DNA from: Azolla caroliniana
Taxonomy: Eukaryota > Plantae > Polypodiophyta
DNA: 64,000 nucleotides
Assembly: GCA_043228905.1 (NCBI GenBank)
Contig: JBHGNT010000010.1
Span: 5,208,001-5,272,000 of the forward strand
Direction: 5' to 3'
Shown here: positions 37,701 to 48,813 of the stretch, one piece after another
Layout: every line of letters begins with the position of its first letter
Numbering within the stretch: position 1 is the first letter of the stretch
Notes under the pieces: generated by a model
What the model was told of the DNA's origin: nothing
Seen by the model: the letters and a program-made list of their open reading frames with translations, nothing else
The model's database searches: none
Position numbers and translations under genes: made by a program

Positions 37701-39966
37701 GATGGTCTGAGAAGGAGAGTTTGGGGATGTATCCGGCTCTAGATAGGTGCGTGATGCCGGCCTTGCTGAGGTGTCCTAATCTTCGGTGCCATAGTGATGA
37801 CACAGGAATATCCACCAAAAACAGGTTACCCTCTCTGAGCGTAACATGTAACGGATACAATGAGTGTATCTTGGGTCCTCTAGCAAGCAGGAGGTTCCCC
37901 CTGTGGAGTGTCCACCCTCCCGAAGAAAAACCGGCACGAATGCCGTCTTCATCTAGTTGTCCGACTGAGATCAATGGCCTTGAGAGCTCGGGTACATGTC
38001 GGACATTGTGGAGTACAAGTGTAGAGCCACCTGCAAGGTTGAGCTCTACTGTGCCGATTCCGATGATGTCACAGTGTTGCGAGTTACCGACTCGAACTGA
38101 GTCGGAGTGACGGATCGTATATTGCCGAAATTGGGATCGATGAGGAGTCACGTGAAATGACGCGCCCGAATCCAAGAGCCATGTGCTCGATTCTTCAGTC
38201 GTGAGCAAAACTTCTGATCCGACTGGATTTTCGATTGATAGTATATTCGGGTCGTCCGGTAGTACATCAGCTGAGAAGCTGACGTAATTGATCTCCTCAT
38301 GCCGGCCACTCTTCTTGTTGTTCTTGTTCTTGAGTGCGCGGCAGTCGGCTTTGATGTGTCCGGGTTTCTTGCAGTAGTTGCAGATTCGGTTATCCCGTGA
38401 CTGGCTCCGTCTTCGCTGATTGTTCGGCGGCCGTGAGGAATCTCTTCCTCGTATGTTCGATCGGTCTGTCGAACCTTGGACTACGTAAGCGTCGTCTGTT
38501 GAGTCTTTGGCGAAAGACTTTCTCCGAGCTGCTTCGGTCAGAATTGCGCTCGTGACTTCGGAGTATTTGACAGCCGTGGTTGACGCGTTGCACACGGTTG
38601 TGACGAAAGTTTCCCATGATGAGGGAAGGCTACTCATGAGTATCATTGCTCTGAGTTCATCCTCGATTGCCGTCCCTTGTGACGAGATTTGGGAGCTTAT
38701 ACTTTCGTACTCATTGAGGTGTGCTTGAACCGAGTCGGATTCTTTCATCCGCAAGTTATAGAGGCGCCGGATCAGAAACATCTTTGTTGCGGCGACCTTC
38801 TTTTCGTAAGTGTCCGACAGTGTTTTCCACAGTTCGAATGCTGTCGTACACGATTGCACCGTAAAGTATACCGATTCCGATAGGTGCATCCGAATCGTGG
38901 CGCGGACGATTCTGTCCAGCTTCTGCCACTCCATTGGTTTGTATCCTTCTGGAGGTTCTTCATTTTCGATGGGATCGATTTGTCCCTTGACTATGAGATA
39001 GTCCTGCATTTGCTCTTTCCAGAAGTTGAAGTTCGATCCATCGAACTTTCGTAGACTCATTTCTGACGAGCCGGATGTTGATGCCATCAAATTTGGTTTC
39101 GGTTGACGAAGCTCGGTTCGGAGTTGACTACGAACCTTGTTGGAGTGCAGCCGGTTGGCTCACCCGATATCGTTCTAGTCGGATTTGAACCCGAGTCGGT
39201 TCGGCTTCGGATATATGTATTGTTGAACTTGCTCGAATTGACTCCGGTAACTTGAGGGACAGAACCGACTGTTCTTCCCGAATGTCGCCGAGTCGGAGTG
39301 AGCCCGGTTCGCTTCGGATATATATGCCGAATACCGATTATTGAAACCGATTATCTGGACCGATTCGGCTTCGGTTGACTGCAGCGATGAGAGAGACGGA
39401 TCAGACTGATCCTCCCGAATGTCGATCAGCCAGATGAAGCACGAATTTGGGTTGTTGTCAGAGTTGCACAAGGGGGTTTCACCTCGAGCGGTTACGATCA
39501 CAAGGGACAGAGTACAACCTGCTGGCTTACTCCAAGCAAAGGGATCTAACGCGATGAGGTGCAAACCTCGTTTTTGTTCTTCTTCTCTCTTTCTTCGAAT
39601 GACGCAGGAAACCGAATGCAGAGATGACGGCCGACAGCGGATTGAAGGACCGACTACTGTGCAGGCTCTGATACCAGATGTTGGAAGCAAAGTCGTTAGT
39701 GCGGAAGATCAAGAAGCATTCGATCCCTGTTTATTCCCTGTGTATGACAGAATGTAGTTCGTTGCACAGAGAGAGAGAGAGAGAGAGAGAGAAAACACAA
39801 AAGACTCTTTATTTCTCAAGCAATAATACAACAGCCCAACCTCACAAAGAGGTTACAAGGTCACTATATATAGTGACCGACTTAGGGCAACTACCCTTTA
39901 TGCTAATTACATAAATGGCCAAAACGGGATAGTTTGAATACGTCCATTATACACATGTATTCGACA
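34591..39966 (-). mobile_element. Intact, recent Ty1/Copia LTR retrotransposon
   Basis: LTRs 34591-34880 and 39679-39966 are identical apart from one AG unit. TSD CTAAA on both sides, iMet PBS at 39665-39676, PPT at 34881-34890. Confidence 0.97.
35074..39087 (-). CDS. Copia gag-pol polyprotein (gag, CCHC, protease, integrase, RT, RNase H), uninterrupted
   Basis: Single ~1337-aa ORF with CNYCKKPGH, WLLDSGAS, HSDVCGP..TDNGGEF, IYVDDM, YTDSDF and KHIDVRYHF. Confidence 0.96.
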   Translation of the reverse strand: MASTSGSSEMSLRKFDGSNFNFWKEQMQDYLIVKGQIDPIENEEPPEGYKPMEWQKLDRIVRATIRMHLSESVYFTVQSCTTAFELWKTLSDTYEKKVAATKMFLIRRLYNLRMKESDSVQAHLNEYESISSQISSQGTAIEDELRAMILMSSLPSSWETFVTTVCNASTTAVKYSEVTSAILTEAARRKSFAKDSTDDAYVVQGSTDRSNIRGRDSSRPPNNQRRRSQSRDNRICNYCKKPGHIKADCRALKNKNNKKSGRHEEINYVSFSADVLPDDPNILSIENPVGSEVLLTTEESSTWLLDSGASFHVTPHRSQFRQYTIRHSDSVRVGNSQHCDIIGIGTVELNLAGGSTLVLHNVRHVPELSRPLISVGQLDEDGIRAGFSSGGWTLHRGNLLLARGPKIHSLYPLHVTLREGNLFLVDIPVSSLWHRRLGHLSKAGITHLSRAGYIPKLSFSDHQFCEHCQYGKQVAASHPTTAPRETRPLDLVHSDVCGPMPHQSLGGASYFVTFIDDLTRKVWAYPIRTKDRVFSIFTDWLAMVENQTNRKLKCLRTDNGGEFKSEEFVKFCRQRGIRREFTAPHSPEQNGIAERMNRTIQERIVSMLQHSGLSDGFWAEALLTAVHIINMSPSRPLGLQIPQELWVGSKPNYDKLRIFGCEAYALIPKDDRRKLAPRSRKCIFLGYGSDGEMGYRLWDPERRQIVRSSDVVFNESAMNPSVEKPIEVRRVTFSDVPTLQEGPALNTRSASRVAEPYTTDSDNSDSAQQNNPLSDHPTLIPDAISPIIPRRSERLSQPPERYSPGIFFTDAGEPTSYEEASTSVDSATWHLAMESEMHSIRANKTWDLVELPRNRRALPCKWVYRLKETSDSTTPKYKARLVAKGFRQEYGVDFDEIFSPVVKMTTLRFLLGVVAADNLELIQLDVKTAFLHGDLEEEIYMEQPKGFVAPGQEHLVCRLRKSLYGLKQAPRQWYKKFDDFIQSIGFSKSDEDHCLFTNTAQDGSPIFLIIYVDDMLISGRHAGELADLVRQLRLKFAMKDLGPARHILGMKISRHRDKRHLFLSQTDYIGRVLERFNMQSAKSASTPLPMNLRLSQRDCPTSGPEGEEMKSVPYAPAVGSLMYLMVATRPDISHAVGVVSRFMHNPGRSHWNAVKHVFRYLAGTKDHGILFGPNRTSGVVGYTDSDFAGCIDSRKSTTGYCFKFGNGAISWKSKLQECTATSTTEAEYVAASDAAKEALWLGRLAHTFQQVDHDSAPVVYSDSQGAVALSKNPVHHNASKHIDVRYHFVRDCVISGKIGLEKISTTDNVADGMTKCLSADRFRSLRHQMGVTTNQSG

Positions 39967-40734
39967 CTAAATTATGCTTCCGTAACTGGTGTTGGTCACC
40001 TTGATTGTAATCACGAAGTATTTATACAAGAATGTGGTGGTATGCATGTAAGCTAGGAAACATCTAGAGAATGCATGGAAACTTCTAGAGAGTGCATGTC
40101 TATGCATTCTCTAGAAGTTTCTTGAAAGTTCTAGTGATTAACTTACAATGTAATAAGTTGAAACTTATACAATCGTGTCTATGACATTATCCTACCTCTA
40201 AGGTCGCCTCCTGGGACTCGTGGCTGGCTTATGTGGGTATCGTTGATGAAAATTGCAAATGGTCTGTGGAGCATTTTGTAAATGTGTAATTGGTTCCCAT
40301 GTGGCGTCCGAAATGGGGTAACCTTTCCATAAGACCAAATATTGGAGCTGTCGACGATGATATCGAGAGTCGAGGGTTGACCCCGGGACTTGCGGCTGGC
40401 TTATGTGGGTATCGTTGATGAAAATTGCAAATGGCCTCCGGAGCATTTATAAATGTGTAATTGGTTCCCATGTGGCGTCAGAAATGGGGTAACCTTTCCA
40501 TAAGACCAAATATTGGAGCTGTCGACAATGATATCGAGAGTCGAGGATTTGGTCAACCTCATATTCTTCACCCGTCGACAATTCCACAGGTGGCGGTGGA
40601 GGAGGGTGACGTCCTGGAATTCGAGAAGGATGGTAGAGTTCGAGGAGGGAAACGTGAAAAACATCGTGAATCCTAAATGTTGGAGGAAGTGCTAACCGGA
40701 AGGCGATTGGGTTGATCCGCTCGATGTTCGTCGA

Positions 40735-42498
40735 GTGTCATCCAGTATTCAATCGGGTAGGTCCTTGTGTCCTTAGGTTGGTTTTCATTGGATGATCCGG
40801 AGTTGGTCATCTTCTTGTTCGACCCCCAGTCGGCAATGGACCTGTCTTCCATGAAGACTATGTCCCGACTCTGGAACACCTTCTTGTCGACCAGATCCCA
40901 CACCCGGTAACCGAAGTCATCATCACCGTATCCAAGGAATATGCATGGCCGGGACTTCGGGTCATGCTTTGCTCTCTTGTCCTTCGCCACAGGCACGTAT
41001 GAGAGACACCCGAACACCTTCAGATGCCGATAAGATACATCTTTGCCGGTCCATACCTTCTGAGGTGAGTCTCCTCCCAAGGGTACTGAGGGTGATCTGT
41101 TTATTACGTAGGTCGTCGTCGTCAATGCCTTAGCCCAAAACGTCTTGGGTAACTTGGCATGTGTGATCATGCTCCGGACTCTCTCCATTATGGTCCGGTT
41201 CATCCTTTCGGCCAGCCCGTTTAGTTCCGGCGTCTTCGACACGGTAAATTCAAGCCGGATTCCCTTCGACCGGTAGTACTCCTCGAACTGCCCCCGGTAT
41301 TCTACTCCATTGTCCGCTCGAACCGCTTTCAACTTCCGGTCTGTTTCTCTTTCCACTCTCGCGTGGAGTTCCTTGAAGACGGTTAGCACCTGATCCTTCG
41401 TCTTTAACAGCGAGACCCACAGCTTCCAGCTGTGATCATCTATGAACGTCACGAAGTACTGCGATCTGGCATGTGACTTCGTGTCCACTTGACACACATC
41501 GGTATGCACCAACTCCAGTGGTGCATTCCATCTCATCAGTGGTCTTGACTAGAAGGAGGTTTGGTTTTGCTTGCCGGCCAAACAATCGGTGCACTTCTCA
41601 AGTTGCAAGTCCTTCACTGGAATGAGGTTGTCTTCAGCAAGCCTCTTCATCCCCTTCTCACTCATGTGACACAGTCTTTTGTGCCATAGCTCACCGGCAG
41701 TGTCAGATGCTATGTTCACATCTTCCTGGCATAACCGGGCATTCATCAAGTACAGTGTGTTGATCTTCCGGGCTCGAGCCACTATCAAGCTTCCCTTGTT
41801 GAACTTTATAACTCCGTTCCAGATGCTAACTATGTATAGCCTTCATTATCTAGCCAACCGAACTGAACCGGCAACCAAAGATCTTTGACCCCAGCATATC
41901 CCTCATCTTCGACTTCCACACTGAGTAATTGGAACCGGTGAGCTTGAACATGCCGCCGAACGATTCTTCCATTTTCTGTGTTGTTCGCTCTGATACCAGT
42001 TTGAGAGGAATAGCGCGGAATATCGCTCAGCCACAACCGAGTCTTGAATCATAGAAATGGGTAAGAACGAGAGAGCCCACAGAAATGACATAGGATGTTT
42101 ACATGGAAAACCCTAATAGGGAAAAACCACGGGAGCCCACAGACTCCAAACTATCACTATATGAGAGGAAATGCAAAGTGGAGGCACACAGGCAACGACC
42201 TCGTGCTCGCAATCTTCGTCAGATGGCGGTTACAACAGAGAGTGCTCATAGCTACTCTCTCTCTCTCTCTCTCTCTGTCGCTTTCTATACAACAGTTACA
42301 ATAGTATAACAACTACAACCTTATACAAAGTGATTGCCCTAAGTCATATTTATACTTATATGAACTTAGGGCTATTTACAAATATAGCCTCAATAGGCTT
42401 ACTCAAAACATATTTACAGATATGTCTTCTCTTTCGGTTCTCACCGGGTCCTCTTTATTCATCATTGGATCCCATCCGGAGACACTGATTTCCCAACA
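40735..42498 (-). mobile_element. Deleted Copia fragment (5' LTR, PBS, integrase) related to the element at 48814-54147
   Basis: LTR 42002-42498, PBS at ~41987-41998, deletion of gag and most of the protease, integrase ORF 40673-41536 highly similar to the 1372-aa ORF. Confidence 0.88.
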
Positions 42499-44311
42499 AT
42501 TTTGGGATTTAGCCTACCGTCATCGGCCGATCAAGTCCGGCTTGAGACATGTGACCAAGTCAGCCATGCCATAAGTTTGGGTCGGTCTTTTCGACTACGT
42601 TCACAACCCCTTCTGGATTGATCGCCATTAATGGGTACAAGTTATTGTACTTGTGTCCACTCCCAATTCTGAGATTTCCCCGGTTGATCATCCATATTGA
42701 CTCACTTAGAGTCGTTCGATACGCGTCTTCGACTAGCATGCCGATGGAGACTAGACTCCTTTTAAGATCGGGTACGCGCCAAACTCGGTGCAAGGTTATT
42801 GTGTTGCCATTGGGCAATCGGATGGGTACCTCTCCGGTCCCTGCAGTTCTGCACTCTTGACCATTTCCCAACCGGATTGTGCCGTTGGCATCGGCTGAAT
42901 AGTTCGAAAACCATTCAATGTTGGGGGTCATGTTGAATGTGGCATCGGAATCCAGTCACCACGTGTCTGCATCTTATGCACTGTAGAGGGCTTCTCGGAT
43001 CATTGAGTCCTCTAAGGAGAGAACTTCTCCTGATCGGGAGTCGGCAACGTTGATTTGGTTGGCAATTGGAGAGTGGTCTGAGCCGGGTCGCCCTCAATTC
43101 CGCTCGGATCGCCAACCACTCTCTTTCCTCTTGATTGACTAGTAGTCGGAGACATTGTGGCCAGCTTTTCTGCAGTGTGTGCAGAATTCGCCTGATCGGC
43201 CCATTCTCGACTTCGACTGTTGTCGATCTCCCCTTGTTTTTGATCGGTTGGTATTCCGACCGGTTTTGTCGGCTTGTTCTCTCATTCGACTTTGTTGGTC
43301 GAATGGCTTGGTCGAGTGATGGTCTTCTACCAATTCATCGATGGTAAGTCCTATCAATTTTTGCCGAATGTCCTCAGTGAGGAATTGGCCAATTGTCTCA
43401 TCCCGATTTAGGATCGGTTGACTACTGGCGTATGTCGTATAGAATACCTCCCAACTCGCCGGAAGCTCGATAGGAGGGCAAGGGCTTTCACTTCTTCTTC
43501 GAAGTTGATCCCTTGTGAGGAGAGTTCTGACAACACACCCGGCTGCAGGTGTTGATGTGGGAGGTAGCCGCATCGGTCTCTCTCATCTTCATGTTGAACA
43601 ATTGTTTGATCAAAATCAGTTTTGAAGATGAGGACTTTTTCTCGTACACAATTTCTAGTTTCTCCCATAGTGAGAACGTTGTCATCTCTTTTGCCATGCT
43701 GAAGTAGACGTTTTCGGCTAGGTGCATTTGAATGGTGGAGCGTGCGATTTCGTCCATTGATCTCCACTCATGGGCTGACATTGAAGAAGGATTTTTGGAG
43801 TGTCGAATAACTTTGACTTGTCTTCTTATGATCAGAACATCCTGCATCATCTCCTTCCAAAGTGCAATTTTTTTGCCATTGAGCTTTCTAATTTCAGCTC
43901 CTATTCCGAATATTGAAGCCATATTCTTCTATGAAAGTGAGATTTTTACTGACCTCATCTTTTTCTTTTGAGTTGTTTTTGTTGTCTGTTGCTACCGAGC
44001 AGGAACCTTGCTCTGATACCAGTTCTGGATAGTTGGAATGTGTGTGCATACGAGGAAGCATATGAGAACCTATTTGCGTACTCAGAAAACGACACAAAAA
44101 GGGAGGAAGGTGGAGACTTGCACAGAGTCGAGCTTTAATGGAAAGCTTTATTGTGTTCTCTCTCTCTCTCACTCAGAGACTTAATACAATATGAATAATC
44201 ACCCCATCTTTAAAACATTAGGTTATTGCTTATATACTAAGCCCTAACTATGTGGACGAGTTCACACTCGGACGGATACAAGTTGGAAGGAGTCGGCCTT
44301 TTATGCCAACA
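42499..44311 (-). mobile_element. Degenerate Copia 5' fragment (LTR, PBS, gag, protease)
   Basis: LTR ~44024-44311, PBS 44010-44021, frameshifted gag (LWKEMMQDVL..IQMHLAENVY) and protease region to LWHG. Confidence 0.85.
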
Positions 44312-45084
44312 TTGGGAAGGTGTGCTTGCCCTAAGATGAATCTTGGCTTCAATATTATTCAAACGAACTTGAACTTATAAACTACAACAATTCATTATCT
44401 TATATCAAAATTCGTTGCTAGAAATTGACCTTAGAGATCATAGTGTATGATATATTAACAGATGTATTCTCAATAAGCATTACTATAAATAATACATTGC
44501 ATGTAGTGGTAGTTGATTTGTTGTTTGGACCAAGAGGTGTTATTCTAATCATGCGAATGATGTCACATGGCCTTAATATAGCGTATGGATGATGTCACAA
44601 GCCTCACGCACACCTTAGCATACATCAAATTCCCAACTCCAAAAAAATGTGGTATATGTCATGACTCAAACCCATGACCTTATGTTATATGGGTCAAGCT
44701 CTTGACCATTATACCATCTATTGCAATATGTAAAATAAGTTTTTTATTATTATAGGAAATTAATGTATATTCTAGATTTCTCTGGAACATTCTAGAAGCT
44801 TCAGGATTACTCTTGAGAACACTATAAAAGAAGGCACTAGGCATTATGTTGAACCAAATTGGTTCAACGCCAGTCTTAAGCCTCTTAGCCATTTTGTACT
44901 TATCCTTCACATAATATATTGGCTGTTATCATCATCTCTCTCTCTCTCATCCTCACTATCTCTCTTTTCTCTTCTCTCTTTCTCTCTCTCTCGGGAGTCT
45001 TACGTAGTCCCCTCCTCTTAGTTCTAATAGTACTTCTCTTCTTTAGTACTAATTCCATCTCTGCTTGAGTACTATTCCTGACAG

Positions 45085-45097
45085 TTTGAACCAATTT
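45085..45097 (+). promoter_or_regulatory. Self-priming primer-binding site
   Basis: TTGAACCAATTT just after the 5' LTR is the reverse complement of AAATTGGTTCAA at 44856-44867, ~33 nt downstream of TATAAAAG (44823). Confidence 0.75.
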
Positions 45098-45346
45098 TGG
45101 TCCTCAAGCCTACTTGTCGTTCTCCCTCATCCTCCTACCCTTTTCCCTATACTATGGCTACTGTTAGCGCCCAAGAATATCAATCCATTTTCTCCGATCT
45201 CCAGTGCCTAAAAGAAAAACTTTGTCGCCTTGGAACAAGAAAACTAACGACTGATAAGGGATCTGCAACAAATTGCTCTAGAAAAACAACAAACGCAGCA
45301 ACATCATGGGGAGTTAGCATTACGGGTACAACAACTCGAAGCAGCA

Positions 45347-47107
45347 TTGCAACAACAAGGATCGAGTCCCCAAGGATTTCATAAAGAGCCGAAGATTGGA
45401 CTTACGGTGAAATTTGATGGAACGCGATTGCAATTCCGGGGATTCCTAAATCAAGTACGATTAGTCATCCAAATGCATCCTTCCCGATACCCCACTGATG
45501 CATCCCGAGTCGGCCTAATAGGCACGTTGCTTAGCAGCTCAATCTTAGCATGGTTCGCTCCGATTCTAGAAAAACAATCGCCCTTGGTTAATAACTTTGA
45601 ATATTTTATTAGTGAGTTTAAAGCCTGCTTTGGAGACACCGACAACATCAGGACGACGATCAACAAGATCCGACGATTGCGTCAAGGCGATCGTCCAGCC
45701 TCTGCCTACGCGGCGGATTTCCGTCTACTCGCTTTAGATATCCCCTGGGATGATCAAGCACTAATGGAGCAGTTTCGCTATGGCTTGCGAAACGATGTCA
45801 AAGATCTACTTCTAACATTTCCCGAAGAACCAAAGTCTCTTATGGAGGCAATCAATCGAGCGGTCCGATGTGACAGTCGAGCATCAGATTTCGCCCTCGG
45901 TAGCATCCTTTCTCAACAAGGAGATAAAGAAGAGTTACATCTTGTGGCTTTCCATTCGCGCAAATTCGATGCCGCGGAAATCAACTACGAAATACATGAC
46001 AAGGAGTTATTAGCCATCGTGGATTCCTTTGTGCAATGGTGGCATTTCTTACAGGCCTCTCCACATCAGGTCATCGTCTTTAGTGATCACAAAAACCTTG
46101 CTTATTTCCAGAACGCTCGGGTGCTAAATCGACAGCAAGCTCGGTGGGCTCAATTCCTCACGCGTTTCGACTTCAAAATCACATATCGACCGGGGAAGCA
46201 ACAAGGAAAAGCAGATGCGCTATCACGACGTTCATATCTTGCACCTCGTTCTGGTGATCCAGCGTTTGATAATCAAAAGCAAGTAATCTTGGGACCAACA
46301 CGATTGCAAACAACGCGGATTTTTCACACCCCAATGGATTCCCGGATTACCGATGCCATACGTGCGAACTTGAAGACAGACAATTTTGTTGAAGACATTC
46401 AAGCGCACATTGATACCTCTCGGGCATCCTGTTCCCAGTCTCAACAACCAGGTATGGACTACCGACAATTCGAATATCATGATGGTTTGTTATTCTTTAA
46501 AAAGCTTCTATATGTCCCCGATTGCTCCTGTCGTCTTCAAATCGTCCAAAGTTGTCACGACACCCATATGGCGGGACATTTCCGTAGCACTAAGACGTTG
46601 GATCTAGTTCAACGATCCTTTTGGTGGCCCCATATGCGACGTTTTGTCGACGACTACGTTCGGACCTGTGATGCTTGCTGCCGAGCAAAGATGCCACAAC
46701 ACCATCCATATGGCTTGTTGGAACCCTTACCAATTCCAAGTAAGCCGTGGCAATCTATTTGTCTTGATTTTATCATAGATCTACCGGTCTCGAAGGGGTT
46801 CGATGCTATCTTAACTGTCATCAATCGATATACGAGGATGGCACATTTTGTGTCGTGTACTAAGGCCATCACTAGCGAGGAAACCGCCGCCCTTGTCATG
46901 CGTGAGGTATTTCGGCATCATGGCCTCCCAGACAGTATCATCAATGACCGAGGACCGCAATTTGTCTCCAAATTTTGGCAGCATCTCTTGAAGATGCTCA
47001 AGGTCTCTTGCAACCTCTCCTCTAGCTACCATCCTCAGACCGATGGGCAGGCGGAACGAACAAACCAAACGCTGGAGGAATATCTCCGGTGTTTCCTGAG
47101 TTATTAA
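45347..47107 (+). CDS. In-frame gag / RNase H / integrase fusion ORF (586 aa); integrase tail and chromodomain follow after a stop
   Basis: KFDGTR..LRQGDRPASAYAADF..AVRCDSR is joined directly to ASDFALGSILSQ..YEIHDKELLAIV..WQSICLDFIIDLP..YHPQTDGQAER. Confidence 0.8.
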   Translation: MQQQGSSPQGFHKEPKIGLTVKFDGTRLQFRGFLNQVRLVIQMHPSRYPTDASRVGLIGTLLSSSILAWFAPILEKQSPLVNNFEYFISEFKACFGDTDNIRTTINKIRRLRQGDRPASAYAADFRLLALDIPWDDQALMEQFRYGLRNDVKDLLLTFPEEPKSLMEAINRAVRCDSRASDFALGSILSQQGDKEELHLVAFHSRKFDAAEINYEIHDKELLAIVDSFVQWWHFLQASPHQVIVFSDHKNLAYFQNARVLNRQQARWAQFLTRFDFKITYRPGKQQGKADALSRRSYLAPRSGDPAFDNQKQVILGPTRLQTTRIFHTPMDSRITDAIRANLKTDNFVEDIQAHIDTSRASCSQSQQPGMDYRQFEYHDGLLFFKKLLYVPDCSCRLQIVQSCHDTHMAGHFRSTKTLDLVQRSFWWPHMRRFVDDYVRTCDACCRAKMPQHHPYGLLEPLPIPSKPWQSICLDFIIDLPVSKGFDAILTVINRYTRMAHFVSCTKAITSEETAALVMREVFRHHGLPDSIINDRGPQFVSKFWQHLLKMLKVSCNLSSSYHPQTDGQAERTNQTLEEYLRCFLSY

Positions 47108-48813
47108 CAGGACGATTGGGCTGAGATTCTCCACTTTGTGGAGTTTGCATATAATAATGTTGACATTCACTCCTCGACTCGAGTCTCCCCATTCTACACT
47201 TATACCGGTTCTCATCCTCGCTGGTCGATGATCGACACCCCGGAGCTACCTACCAATCCTCGTGCCGAGGATCATTTGGAAAGAGTACGCAAGATCCAGA
47301 TGGATCTCTCTACTCATCTTCATCATGCTCAACAGACACAGAAGACTTACGCGGATCATCATCGGCTTCCCTTCTCTTTTGCCATCGGACATCGAGTATG
47401 GCTTTTACGTCGTCACATCAAGACTACTCGACCGTGCGACAAGTTGGATTATCGCCGACTCGGTCCTTTTCGTATTACCGGTAAGCTTAATGATGTCACG
47501 TTCCGCCTTGATCTTCCTCCGCATCTTCGGATACATCCGGTCTTCCATAGTTCTCTTCTTGAACCTTATAAAGAAAACACTCTTCCCAATCGTGTTACAC
47601 CACCGCCGCCCCCGCTGGAGTTTGACGCCAGCCCGGAGTATGAAGTTGCTGCCATCCTCGACTCCAAATTTATTATTTGGTCGATTGGCTCGGCTATAGT
47701 CTGAGTGAACGTACTTGGGAACCCGTCAAGCATGTCGCCAATGCTCAAGATCTTCTTGCTGAGTTCCATCGAAAGTATTCGGACAAACCCGGTCCGCAAT
47801 CAGCGTCGACTCGTTCCACTTGTGGCAAGACTCGAACCCATGACCTTATGTTATATGGGTCGAGCTCTAGACCATTATACCATCTATTTTTCATTTAAGT
47901 TTTATTATAGGAAATTAATGTATATTCTAGATTTCTCTGGAACATTCTAGAAGCTTCAGGATTACTCTTGAGAACACTATAAAAGAAGGCACTAGGCATT
48001 ATGTTGAACCAAATTAGTTCAACGCCAGTCTTAAGCCTCTTAGCCATTTTGTACTTATCCTTCACATAATATATTGGCTGTTATCATCATCTCTCTCTCT
48101 CTCATCCTCACTATCTCTCTTTTCTCTTCTCTCTTTCTCTCTCTCTCGGGAGTCTTACGTAGTCCCCTCCTCTTAGTTCTAATAGTACTTCTCTTCTTTA
48201 GTACTAATTCCATCTCTGCTTTAGCATTATTCCTGACAGTATATGTCTCATTTCTCCTTGATCTTTCTCATTTGTAGGGCATTATTCATACTAAGTTTAA
48301 AGTGCCCTATGACTAGAGCATTGATTGAATCTCTCAAGAACTTTTTGAATGTGTTTTTCTAAGATAGTCAAAAGTTTCTTATTTTCTCTATCCTTGGTTA
48401 TCTTCGTACTAAGGATTTGCTTAGATGGTTTGAAGTTCTTAATAGGAAAAGACTTACTAAGCTCTCTCTCATGTTGTTATTTAATGAATGTCTTCTTTCA
48501 AATCACCATGACGGAAGGTGGTCCTCACATCTAGTTGTTTAATTTCTCGATGTAAATGTTTGAATATTGAAAGAGTTGGCAAGTTTGTCTAGATTTTTGA
48601 GTTGAAACACTTGTTTCGACCATTTTAGAGTGTTTTCGGTGATGGTGATGGATTGAATGGAATTTTGAGCTAGAATTTTGCCTCTTACGAAAATCATAGT
48701 TCTTTATACCATTTTGGAGTTTCTCCACCAGATAAAAATAGTAGTTTCTCCTTTAATATGGACATATTCTTATCTTACAAAAGGACCTATTTAGATGTCC
48801 ATATTAACTTCAT

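Larger units (their letters stand above)
34450..40730 (-). mobile_element. Second chromovirus 3' fragment; its 3' LTR (40186-34450) is split by the intact Copia
   Basis: Duplicated chromodomain at 40200-40560, PPT at ~40187-40200, LTR TGTCAT at 40186 ending GTGACA at 34450. Confidence 0.8.
44657..48238 (+). mobile_element. Chromovirus (Tcn1/Tf1-sushi-like) deletion derivative lacking protease and RT
   Basis: LTRs 44657-45083 and ~47823-48238, TSD GTATA (44652-44656 / 48239-48243), gag fused to RNase H, integrase and chromodomain. No PPT is visible. Confidence 0.93.

Noticed and set aside
22679-44316. A single outer element bounding the whole nest
   Set aside because: The flanks CATCA and TTGGG do not match, and the outer LTRs belong to different families in opposite orientation.
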